The notes under the pieces: generated by a model | Databases searched by the model: none | Told to the model about the DNA's origin: nothing | Seen by the model: the letters and a program-made list of their open reading frames with translations, nothing else | Shown here: positions 18,129 to 25,680 of the stretch, piece by piece | Layout of the letters: each line of letters opens with the position of its first letter | Position numbering within the stretch: position 1 is the stretch's first letter | Program-made: the position numbers and the translations under genes | Virus record (IMG/VR): IMGVR_UViG_3300009031_000221 | Span: 320,001 to 384,000 of that record | Length of the DNA: 64,000 nt | From: a virus | Lineage: Duplodnaviria; Caudoviricetes | Direction: 5' to 3' (one strand)

Positions 18129-18544
18129 GGATTTTCGCTCCTGGGGAGGGTCTGAAGTGCCCCCAACTCGACACCGCGACCGGCTGCGATGTCCGCAAGG
18201 TTCACAACTGCCGTAGCACAACCATAGCGGAAAGCATCTCCATCTTGGATCTTGACGTACGCCGGCCCCATAGTTGTGGTCACGCCGCCATCTTTCAGGC
18301 GCACTTTGTCCCCCACCAGGACATTGGCATTCCAAGTATTCACATGGGTCTGTGCCGTATCGATCTGCTTGGCAATGTCCGCTGTGGATGGGTGCCGGAA
18401 TCCGGCACGTCGGCATGCGAGTCCCGCCAAGACATCATCCGCATAGCTCATGGCTCCGTAGGCATTACGGTCACCCCGACCAACCAACGCTGCCTCAACC
18501 ATGCGGAGCCAGATGACTTCATCACTTTGGGAGAACCCTGTCAT
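18125..18544 (-). CDS. hypothetical protein
   Basis: start refined to MTGFSQ, below motif at 18581. Confidence 0.6.
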   Translation of the reverse strand: MTGFSQSDEVIWLRMVEAALVGRGDRNAYGAMSYADDVLAGLACRRAGFRHPSTADIAKQIDTAQTHVNTWNANVLVGDKVRLKDGGVTTTMGPAYVKIQDGDAFRYGCATAVVNLADIAAGRGVELGALQTLPRSENP

Positions 18545-18580
18545 AGCCGACCTCAATCACCCTGTCTACGGGCTGGGCTG

Positions 18581-18606
18581 TCTACGCGGATTGGGCTAGA
18601 AGTAAG
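18581..18606 (-). promoter_or_regulatory. repeated bipartite promoter-like motif
   Basis: tctacgc-N11-gaagtaag; overlaps stop of 18582..18953. Confidence 0.75.
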
Positions 18607-18953
18607 TCCTGCTTGAGAACGACTTCCGCCGCATCCGAGGCTGCATCGAATGACGGGAATTCCTTAGGAGCATTGCCTATCGGGTTGCCGTTCATCAAGT
18701 ACTTTCGCGGGCGGGACGGGATGCACATGTATTGCTGATCGAAGCATGATTCAGTCGGGAAACTCACGATGAATGTGTCATCCAACGGTTCCACGAATGC
18801 GGCAGCCCTCTGTGTGTTGTGCGAATACCTGACATAGTAACGATTACCCTCTGTTGATGGCACAGGGATCCATAAAGGTTTGTCCTTATGAGGTCTTTCC
18901 ACATAGGCTACCATCAACAGAAACAGGGCAATGGCTTCTACGTCCGTGTTCAT
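18582..18953 (-). CDS. hypothetical protein
   Basis: 123 aa coupled. Confidence 0.55.
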   Translation of the reverse strand: MNTDVEAIALFLLMVAYVERPHKDKPLWIPVPSTEGNRYYVRYSHNTQRAAAFVEPLDDTFIVSFPTESCFDQQYMCIPSRPRKYLMNGNPIGNAPKEFPSFDAASDAAEVVLKQDLLLAQSA

Positions 18954-19390
18954 ACGGTAAACACTTCCACCGTGCCGTGGTCAACAACAACCACACAGAT
19001 GGCGTCAGGGCCTGCATCCAGCATCTTCTGCTTCGTATCGGGGTCAATGTGACCTACGATGGTCGTCATGCCTTCACGGGCTGCCAAGCCTCGAGCGAAA
19101 GGAACTTGCCCTGCATCTCGCACCGCCTGCCAATCGAATCCAGGCATGAGGGCGTCCGCGATCTCGGCTCCGTAAGGGGCATCGACATGAATCAGGACGA
19201 TGCACACTTCGCTGGGGGAATTGCCCAGATCCTTGATGCGCTGAATGAAGTGCTGCACACGATCGAGTTGGATGTCCATCGTGTTGAAACAGTTGTGCTT
19301 GGCTACTGCCTTGAATAAGGCAAGAGCATCCGGGTCATCCAGATACAGTTCGCCAGTCTCTGGGTGTTTACGTACAACGGCCTGGGTCAT
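18950..19390 (-). CDS. hypothetical protein
   Basis: 146 aa, GGAGG RBS, below motif at 19408. Confidence 0.65.
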   Translation of the reverse strand: MTQAVVRKHPETGELYLDDPDALALFKAVAKHNCFNTMDIQLDRVQHFIQRIKDLGNSPSEVCIVLIHVDAPYGAEIADALMPGFDWQAVRDAGQVPFARGLAAREGMTTIVGHIDPDTKQKMLDAGPDAICVVVVDHGTVEVFTV

Positions 19391-19407
19391 GGTGTCCTCC
19401 AGGTTGT

Positions 19408-19433
19408 TATACGCACTAGGGGCTAGAAGTAAG
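19408..19433 (-). promoter_or_regulatory. repeated bipartite promoter-like motif
   Basis: tatacgc-N11-gaagtaag, immediately after stop of last array gene. Confidence 0.7.
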
Positions 19434-19434
19434 C

Positions 19435-19680
19435 CTATCGTAGCTCATGATCATATTCATAGATCACGCCCGGGTCAGAATACCGCAGGACGCTGAATTC
19501 ATCCCGCATTATCCAGGTGTTCAATGCATCTACCTGGAGTAGAGAATGATCTGTCCACACTTCACCCTCATTGGATGGCAAGTAGATCCCCCGAAGATCC
19601 TTTCGGTTAGGTTCTGACCTGGGTTCCATGGTGCCTGTGGAAGTATCGAAGGACTTGTTGGTGTCATACCATTGCGTCAT
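19435..19680 (-). CDS. WxDxxK array protein 1
   Basis: MTQWYDTNKSF (start refined). Confidence 0.7.
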   Translation of the reverse strand: MTQWYDTNKSFDTSTGTMEPRSEPNRKDLRGIYLPSNEGEVWTDHSLLQVDALNTWIMRDEFSVLRYSDPGVIYEYDHELR

Positions 19681-19684
19681 AGGG

Positions 19685-19903
19685 TCACCATTTAAGTTTG
19701 TCATCCCAAGGAAGCAAATGGCGGATTGAACTGTCCAGATTATGATAGGTATCCCGAATGCGATGAATCTTCTGATCCGATGCTAGTAACGAGAAATCCT
19801 CGAACACACGCCCTTCGCCCTGAGGAATAGGGTCGGGGTCATTGGATTCTATAGGGTAGCCCGCCTCCCCGAATTCCTTGGTGGTGTCATACCAGCATTG
19901 CAT
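19685..19903 (-). CDS. WxDxxK array protein 2
   Basis: MQCWYDTTKEF (start refined). Confidence 0.7.
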   Translation of the reverse strand: MQCWYDTTKEFGEAGYPIESNDPDPIPQGEGRVFEDFSLLASDQKIHRIRDTYHNLDSSIRHLLPWDDKLKW

Positions 19904-19904
19904 G

Positions 19905-20117
19905 CTAATCGCCCTCATACAGGACAATGACATCCTTATCCAAGACTACATAGGGATCTCGAATGGATCTAACGTGTATTTCGGAATTCGTTATGGAGTA
20001 ATCCGGGAATACACGTCCTTCTGCGGTATCGAATCTATTATCTTCTGCCCCGGCATTCACAGGGTCTAGAGGGCTCGTGGATCCGAATCTTTTGAGGGTG
20101 TCATACCAGCTATTCAT
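19905..20117 (-). CDS. WxDxxK array protein 3
   Basis: MNSWYDTLKRF. Confidence 0.7.
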   Translation of the reverse strand: MNSWYDTLKRFGSTSPLDPVNAGAEDNRFDTAEGRVFPDYSITNSEIHVRSIRDPYVVLDKDVIVLYEGD

Positions 20118-20377
20118 CGTTTGTGCCTATAGAGGTAGCCGGTGCCTACTTGTGGTGTTCCGGATTCCAGTTCTGTATGATCGTTCAGAATCCGCATAAT
20201 GATTCCGAGGGGCTCAGGATCCCAACACTCTACAGTCGTCACATCATCCAAATAGCTTGTTTCACCATCTAATAGGCATGCCCCGGTATCGATAGCGGAA
20301 CTGACACTCGACTTGAATTGCTTGTGCTTGTCCGACCAGTTGTGGCTAAATATCCATGTCTTTTCTAGGTCATTCAT
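20114..20377 (-). CDS. WxDxxK array protein 4
   Basis: NWSDKHKQF (start refined to MNDLEK). Confidence 0.7.
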   Translation of the reverse strand: MNDLEKTWIFSHNWSDKHKQFKSSVSSAIDTGACLLDGETSYLDDVTTVECWDPEPLGIIMRILNDHTELESGTPQVGTGYLYRHKR

Positions 20378-20660
20378 GGGGTTCCACGCTGAAATATCGG
20401 TCATTGCCAAAGCCATCATCATCCGGCACGGATGCAACCTCTAACTTTGTGTCATCGTATAGGTACTGCATGATTACTTCAATCGGGCGTGGATCATCGT
20501 AGTAATCGCTAATATCCTCATCCAAACGATCCATATCTCCCACCACCAACTTGGATACAGAATCTTCCCCCTTGATATTGATGTCCCCTTCAAAGTGCTT
20601 GGACTGATCCGACCAGTTACGGCTGAAGGTGATATTTCTAGCCCTGAGGGAAGTATTCAT
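20370..20660 (-). CDS. WxDxxK array protein 5
   Basis: NWSDQSKHF. Confidence 0.7.
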   Translation of the reverse strand: MNTSLRARNITFSRNWSDQSKHFEGDINIKGEDSVSKLVVGDMDRLDEDISDYYDDPRPIEVIMQYLYDDTKLEVASVPDDDGFGNDRYFSVEPHE

Positions 20661-20929
20661 CAGGTACGCTCATACCTGAGGCTGAATGAACCTAAAGGGA
20701 CCTCCGCCATCTCAAGGGTGGATAGGTCTATCAGGTGTTTCTTGTTGACAGGGATCATGCCATGATCATTTAGACGAGCCTTCATGTCATCCCGTACAAA
20801 GGGATTCTCCCAATTAGACAGCCTTGATGCCGTGTCATCCTCGTAATTCGTAAATGATTCGAACTCTTTGCCTGCATCCGACCATTGGTAGAACGTCGTT
20901 GGGTTTAGACGATACTCGAATTTATTCAT
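20660..20929 (-). CDS. WxDxxK array protein 6
   Basis: QWSDAGKEF (start refined to MNKFEY). Confidence 0.7.
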   Translation of the reverse strand: MNKFEYRLNPTTFYQWSDAGKEFESFTNYEDDTASRLSNWENPFVRDDMKARLNDHGMIPVNKKHLIDLSTLEMAEVPLGSFSLRYERT

Positions 20930-21189
20930 CGGGCACCCTTCCAAATATCACCGGGATCCGCAACCTCTAGGAACGTGTTGTCTGGCAAAGGTATCTTATA
21001 GATGGGGATCAGATCGGGATCGGTTATCCAAGTATTTCTATCGCGTACCGCAAGAATATCTTCCCCCCGGTTCAATCTCGACACGGAATCAAGTCCGAAG
21101 TCCACAGTGGAGTAAAAATGCTTATCACAGTCCGACCAGATGGATCTATGTGTCATGTCACGGGGTTGTTCTAGGCTAATACTACTCAT
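20926..21189 (-). CDS. WxDxxK array protein 7
   Basis: IWSDCDKHF (start refined to MSSISL). Confidence 0.7.
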   Translation of the reverse strand: MSSISLEQPRDMTHRSIWSDCDKHFYSTVDFGLDSVSRLNRGEDILAVRDRNTWITDPDLIPIYKIPLPDNTFLEVADPGDIWKGAR

Positions 21190-21403
21190 GTGGGTGTAGC
21201 AACAATCCTGTGTGGCTGTATTCCTTGATGCGTCCCTCAAGGGGGTTGAGGGCGTCCTCTTGATCCTCCACAGCACCTGAATATTCAGGCACGCCACGGG
21301 TCAAGATGAAACCCTCGGTATCGGCCATGGTCATGCCAATCACCGCACCGTAGCGCTTCAGGTCATCCCACCATACGTTTCTATCTGGTTGTTGTCCGTT
21401 CAT
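21182..21403 (-). CDS. WxDxxK array protein 8
   Basis: VWWDDLKRY. Confidence 0.7.
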   Translation of the reverse strand: MNGQQPDRNVWWDDLKRYGAVIGMTMADTEGFILTRGVPEYSGAVEDQEDALNPLEGRIKEYSHTGLLLHPHE

Positions 21404-21615
21404 ATTGCCTCATAGTCGGCCTTGTCTCGAAGCCTCCGGGGATCGTCATCGCTGTCAAGTTTCCTTGCGTCATGTTCATGGGATATATCCGTGGAGAAAT
21501 CTATTACTGACGATTCATAATCAGGTATGAACTTCTGGTAATGAACCACGCTGCAATTGTTATTGTAGTCATAGCCATAGCGTTTCGTTTGGTCGAACCA
21601 ACTCATTGTTGCCAT
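21400..21615 (-). CDS. WxDxxK array protein 9
   Basis: SWFDQTKRY. Confidence 0.7.
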   Translation of the reverse strand: MATMSWFDQTKRYGYDYNNNCSVVHYQKFIPDYESSVIDFSTDISHEHDARKLDSDDDPRRLRDKADYEAI

Positions 21616-21617
21616 GA

Positions 21618-21833
21618 CTAGTATATCACCTCATCCCGGAGTTTACGCCCGTCATCCATGTTGGATAGCCATCGGCCATCACTTTTCCACAAGGAGTTTG
21701 CGCTACCCTTCATGGAGTTATCATTGAGCGTTTGGTTGTCCCGAAAATAGAGATTGGAGGGAAATACTTTCCCTCCCCCGCGGGATTCCAGGTGGAAGCT
21801 CTTCGATTGATCCGACCATGCCCAGTCTACCAT
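21618..21833 (-). CDS. WxDxxK array protein 10
   Basis: AWSDQSKSF. Confidence 0.7.
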   Translation of the reverse strand: MVDWAWSDQSKSFHLESRGGGKVFPSNLYFRDNQTLNDNSMKGSANSLWKSDGRWLSNMDDGRKLRDEVIY

Positions 21834-22036
21834 GATTCCCCCTTGTCCCGAATCCTTCTAGGGTCATGTTCACCCCCGATTGTCTTAGGTTCCGTTTCCC
21901 AATCGATTTCCCCATCCCCAAAGATCTCTATGAACCCCTTCTCCACGAGGTACCTAGGGTATCGCACCCGCCCTTCCCCATAGGAGTCCCCGCTATACCC
22001 CTTCAAGGAATCAAACCAGGACATACCTTGCATCAT
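21827..22036 (-). CDS. WxDxxK array protein 11
   Basis: SWFDSLKGY. Confidence 0.7.
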   Translation of the reverse strand: MMQGMSWFDSLKGYSGDSYGEGRVRYPRYLVEKGFIEIFGDGEIDWETEPKTIGGEHDPRRIRDKGESW

Positions 22037-22038
22037 AG

Positions 22039-22245
22039 CTATATCGCGTCCCGAAGCATTTTAGGGTCATCCCTAAACTCGAGGATGATTCTGGGTTCTG
22101 CCCTCTCATCGATTTCACAATCTTCATATTCAGATAGGGCATGTCGTCGCTCATCTACTAGGTATCTAGGAGGATGCACCCTTCCTTCCATCCATCCCCC
22201 GGTGAATTTCTTGGCCTGATCTGACCATGCCCATGCTCCAATCAT
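22039..22245 (-). CDS. WxDxxK array protein 12
   Basis: AWSDQAKKF. Confidence 0.7.
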   Translation of the reverse strand: MIGAWAWSDQAKKFTGGWMEGRVHPPRYLVDERRHALSEYEDCEIDERAEPRIILEFRDDPKMLRDAI

Positions 22246-22472
22246 CGGTTTTCCTTCTCATAATTGTCATTGATTCTTCGCCCTTCGTCGAAGATCTCGA
22301 GGGCATCACGTTCCCAGTCAAATTCGGGTTCCGTATCTACATCGTACAAGGATTGATCCCCTAATAGGTAGCGCATAGGGTATACCTTCCCTTCCAACAC
22401 ATCGAAACCAAGCTGTCCTTCTGACGGACAGTAGAAGCGTTTCGTTTGGTCATGCCATGACCTTTCTAGCAT
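22242..22472 (-). CDS. WxDxxK array protein 13
   Basis: SWHDQTKRF (start refined). Confidence 0.7.
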   Translation of the reverse strand: MLERSWHDQTKRFYCPSEGQLGFDVLEGKVYPMRYLLGDQSLYDVDTEPEFDWERDALEIFDEGRRINDNYEKENR

Positions 22473-22732
22473 GATTCGCACACTTCCAAGGAATCATAGA
22501 CAGACTCCTTGTAGGTTGTGTCGTTTATTGTCTTCCCGTGTATCTCTCTATAGCAGGGCAGGATCCAGGTTGTCTTGTCAATGACTAGATTCGGATCCCA
22601 AGTGATAGTGCTAGGGGATTCCAGCATCCCAAATACATGCTCCCATGCCTTTCTAGTATCATTCCATGCCGGGGTCATGACGAAGTACAGGCCTCCGTGG
22701 TTCCCCGTGGAATCGAAATTCAGGTTGATCAT
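22466..22732 (-). CDS. WxDxxK array protein 14
   Basis: AWNDTRKAW (start refined to MINLNF). Confidence 0.7.
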   Translation of the reverse strand: MINLNFDSTGNHGGLYFVMTPAWNDTRKAWEHVFGMLESPSTITWDPNLVIDKTTWILPCYREIHGKTINDTTYKESVYDSLEVCESC

Positions 22733-22983
22733 TGGAAATCCCCCGTACATAGTATATCTTGGAAAAGATCATCAGGCTCCCACGTATCATCTACGTCTCC
22801 ACTTTGAACATGCACATAACGGGGAAAAACACCGCCTGATTTGATGTCGGGATTCTTAGGATACCAGAATATACCGCTAGGGTGCTCGTGCTCCTCATCG
22901 GATCGCTGCCAGCACTTTCCATGTTCACTCCAATACCGATACTCAAATGCCCGAATAGGTTTGTCATGGTCAAGATCTGTCAT
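22729..22983 (-). CDS. WxDxxK array protein 15
   Basis: YWSEHGKCW (start refined to MTDLDH). Confidence 0.7.
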   Translation of the reverse strand: MTDLDHDKPIRAFEYRYWSEHGKCWQRSDEEHEHPSGIFWYPKNPDIKSGGVFPRYVHVQSGDVDDTWEPDDLFQDILCTGDFQ

Positions 22984-23240
22984 GATTCCCAGTCCCCATC
23001 GCATAGCTGCTCTTGACAATGATCCCCAGGTTCCCAATGGTCATCTATAAACCCGCCTTGAGGATGAACATAACGAGGAGATATTATGCCCGTAACACCA
23101 TCAGGGCTCATATGATATGAGTATAGACCACTAGGATTGTCATGTTCTTCCTCGGATAGTTCCCACCGCTTTTCACGTTCATTCCAATAGCGATACGGGA
23201 ACGCCTGAATCGGTTTGTCCTGGTCAAGTTCCGCATACAT
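22980..23240 (-). CDS. WxDxxK array protein 16
   Basis: YWNEREKRW (start refined to MYAELD). Confidence 0.7.
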   Translation of the reverse strand: MYAELDQDKPIQAFPYRYWNEREKRWELSEEEHDNPSGLYSYHMSPDGVTGIISPRYVHPQGGFIDDHWEPGDHCQEQLCDGDWES

Positions 23241-23259
23241 CAGACGCCATCTCCGGATA

Positions 23260-23484
23260 TCAGGGCGTGGTTCCCCCACCCTCTTCATCAACAAGCCTTC
23301 CATCAGGAATATGTGCAAATCGCGGATGGAACTTGTAGGTATGTGGCGCATCTACGTTGGATATGCCACAAAGGATTCCTGTAGGGGATTCCGCATCTAC
23401 AAAAAGCTCAACCCATTCATTGAACCCTTCATACCAATAGCGCTGAGCCCGTGTAGCAGGCGTATCATCAAGGTCATATTGCAT
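23260..23484 (-). CDS. WxDxxK array protein 17
   Basis: YWYEGFNEW (K replaced by N). Confidence 0.65.
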   Translation of the reverse strand: MQYDLDDTPATRAQRYWYEGFNEWVELFVDAESPTGILCGISNVDAPHTYKFHPRFAHIPDGRLVDEEGGGTTP

Positions 23485-23765
23485 TATGACCCCGACCGTT
23501 GTGCACTGACATAGTCCCCAACATACAGAATCTGATGTGTGGCATCATAGGGGCTATGCATCTCCTCAATGAGGTTTCCTGGGGCGTATCTGTAATCGGG
23601 CTGAATTGATCGAATGGCGTAATCGAGACGTTCGCCGTCATCATTAAAAATGCTGCTGGGGGTATCCATAGCCTCTGTCCTATAGAACCAAGTGTGGAAT
23701 TCATCGTTCCAATGCCAAAGCGGTGACGTGAAACTGAATCTCGTAGCGTCAAGATCAGATTGCAT
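23484..23765 (-). CDS. WxDxxK array protein 18
   Basis: HWNDEFHTW (K replaced by H; start refined to MQSDLD). Confidence 0.65.
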   Translation of the reverse strand: MQSDLDATRFSFTSPLWHWNDEFHTWFYRTEAMDTPSSIFNDDGERLDYAIRSIQPDYRYAPGNLIEEMHSPYDATHQILYVGDYVSAQRSGS

Positions 23766-24117
23766 TGCACACCGAAGCTGCTTTTTCCCGTGTCTTCTTC
23801 CGTTTTGCCCTCTCCGCCCTTCTCCGGTTGTCCCCCCGTTTCTTGTACTCTGCATGAAGTGCTTTCAGGGGCTCGAGCATGGAATTGATCCAGGCGATGC
23901 GTTCGGCAGGGAACTTGGTATCGAGCTTTGCTGGCGGAATGCTACCCTTGGCATTGTTGCAAGGGGCACATGCGGGCACGATGTTGCCAATATTGCTATA
24001 GCCACCCAAGGAACGTGGAACCCAGTGGTCGATGGTTATAGGTAGATCTGTACGTCCACAGTAGACACATACATGCCCAAAGTGCTGAAGGGTTGCCTGC
24101 CATGATTTAGCGCTCAT
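23755..24117 (-). CDS. HNH endonuclease
   Basis: CVYCG...TIDHWVPRSLGG...NIVPACAPCNNAKG. Confidence 0.9.
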   Translation of the reverse strand: MSAKSWQATLQHFGHVCVYCGRTDLPITIDHWVPRSLGGYSNIGNIVPACAPCNNAKGSIPPAKLDTKFPAERIAWINSMLEPLKALHAEYKKRGDNRRRAERAKRKKTREKAASVCNAI

Positions 24118-24422
24118 GTGTCATGTTTGGTCCGAACGACCCCTGGACGTTTATTGAAGTGCATATAGGACATACCTGATTCGCAGGATCCTGTAAAGTC
24201 CCCCTGCAGTATCATGTCATCCCCAGGATAGTTATATCCACCAAAGCCTCTGCCCGTATCTACTAAGGGGGCGTGATCCTCATAAATGTACATGGGATGT
24301 ATATCATTGTCATCTAGGAATGTTAGATGCCTATCAAGGACGATCCCGCTGACATCTTCATACCCCCAGGCAGAGCACCACCGCTTACCGATGTCATCCC
24401 AGTTGAATATGCCTTCTCTCAT
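24114..24422 (-). CDS. WxDxxK array protein 19
   Basis: NWDDIGKRW (start refined to MREGIF). Confidence 0.7.
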   Translation of the reverse strand: MREGIFNWDDIGKRWCSAWGYEDVSGIVLDRHLTFLDDNDIHPMYIYEDHAPLVDTGRGFGGYNYPGDDMILQGDFTGSCESGMSYMHFNKRPGVVRTKHDT

Positions 24423-24724
24423 CGGGCTTCCCACTCAGGGCTACGGAGTACCCCCGTGCCATTATGAATGACATAGTATTCGTAGCCGGGTCTATTTTCC
24501 TTCATGCCTGGAAAGTCGTCAATCATTAGAAGATCCTGTGATCCTTGTATGTACCCATTGAGATTAGGGGTTGAATCCTGAATGGGTTGTTTTGGCATGT
24601 CATCGTACATGGGAACGACAGCATTTTCAGCCCATACCCGATTTCCAGATATGATCCCACTGGAATCCTCGTAGCCCATTCCCGGGCGCCATTCCTTCTT
24701 GGATTCGTTCCAATTACGTGTCAT
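24419..24724 (-). CDS. WxDxxK array protein 20
   Basis: NWNESKKEW. Confidence 0.7.
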   Translation of the reverse strand: MTRNWNESKKEWRPGMGYEDSSGIISGNRVWAENAVVPMYDDMPKQPIQDSTPNLNGYIQGSQDLLMIDDFPGMKENRPGYEYYVIHNGTGVLRSPEWEAR

Positions 24725-25017
24725 AGCGTTCTCAACAGGATTGTCAATCCGCCATCCTCATCCCGAATTCGAATGTTACCCCGATTTATGTAACCGTTGT
24801 AATTGTAATCCCCAATCATGAGTCGCTCTTCAGGCATTTTGAAATCCCAAAGCATTGGTTCATCAAAGGGTTTATCCCTCAAGGAGGCTACCGGCAACTC
24901 CACATACAAGGGTTTACTTGTGTTGTCCCTATCCAGGTTAGGGACCTCCCAGAACCCGCTTTCAGGCTTCTGCGAGTAGATCCAAGTCTTGTACTGGTCA
25001 CTCCATTGTTGGCTCAT
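24721..25017 (-). CDS. WxDxxK array protein 21
   Basis: QWSDQYKTW. Confidence 0.7.
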   Translation of the reverse strand: MSQQWSDQYKTWIYSQKPESGFWEVPNLDRDNTSKPLYVELPVASLRDKPFDEPMLWDFKMPEERLMIGDYNYNGYINRGNIRIRDEDGGLTILLRTL

Positions 25018-25226
25018 TGGGGCTCATCATAGAGGCCTTCCTCATTTAGGATGCCTTCAGGAAGGAGGTTTTCTTTGGCGTAGATCGTAGATTCCGCATT
25101 CATCATGCGATGGTTTTTAGCGATGTTTTCTAGCACTGGAGGATTGGGCAATAGGGGCGGGAGCTTGCCTGGAATGGTTGATCCAAAGGCTTTCCATGAA
25201 TCTGCCCAGAAGGTAGTATCCGACAT
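25014..25226 (-). CDS. WxDxxK array protein 22
   Basis: FWADSWKAF. Confidence 0.7.
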   Translation of the reverse strand: MSDTTFWADSWKAFGSTIPGKLPPLLPNPPVLENIAKNHRMMNAESTIYAKENLLPEGILNEEGLYDEPQ

Positions 25227-25456
25227 TATTTGGCCTCCCCATAGAGACCGTCCCGCTTACGGATACTACATTGGATGTTCTCAGGGTCATATCCAAGTAT
25301 GAATCGGGCGTATTCATAGTCGTTAATCTCATGGATGCCTTCATCCAAGATCTGGTTATCCGCTACGATGACCGAAATCCCATCGAAACGCTGAGTGGCA
25401 CCCCAGCATTTCCAAGCATCCCACCATGCCCAATCAGATCTGGATGCTAGCGGCAT
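25226..25456 (-). CDS. WxDxxK array protein 23
   Basis: AWWDAWKCW. Confidence 0.7.
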   Translation of the reverse strand: MPLASRSDWAWWDAWKCWGATQRFDGISVIVADNQILDEGIHEINDYEYARFILGYDPENIQCSIRKRDGLYGEAK

Positions 25457-25680
25457 TCAACATCCTCCTCGTAGAGGTCATCCTCTTCCCGGAGATACCC
25501 CTCAGGCAGCCTTCCACCTTCCCACTGGTTTATGGTCTGGGCATCTACATTGGATATGTCAGCGCGGTCATCATCGCTATGCGTGGGTATATCGGAAAGA
25601 AGGCTTCCACCTTCGGATAGGGACCATGAATTGGCCCATCCTTTCCAATGGTCATACCAAACACGCCTATGGGATCTCAC
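25447..25680 (-). CDS. WxDxxK array protein 24
   Basis: VWYDHWKGW; GTG start overlaps the ATPase TGA (GTGA). Confidence 0.7.
   Translation of the reverse strand: MRSHRRVWYDHWKGWANSWSLSEGGSLLSDIPTHSDDDRADISNVDAQTINQWEGGRLPEGYLREEDDLYEEDVECR

Larger units (their letters stand above)
19435..25680 (-). repeat. tandem array of 24 small WxDxxKx[FWY] paralogous genes (plus one inserted HNH gene)
   Basis: all 24 ORFs of 68-102 aa carry W-x-[DE]-x-x-[K/N/H]-x-[FWY] near the N-terminus; genes abut or overlap. Confidence 0.85.

Noticed and set aside
19435-25680. Array as integron cassettes or a DGR product
   Set aside because: Genes overlap, leaving no room for recombination sites; no reverse transcriptase is in the window; variation is not adenine-restricted.
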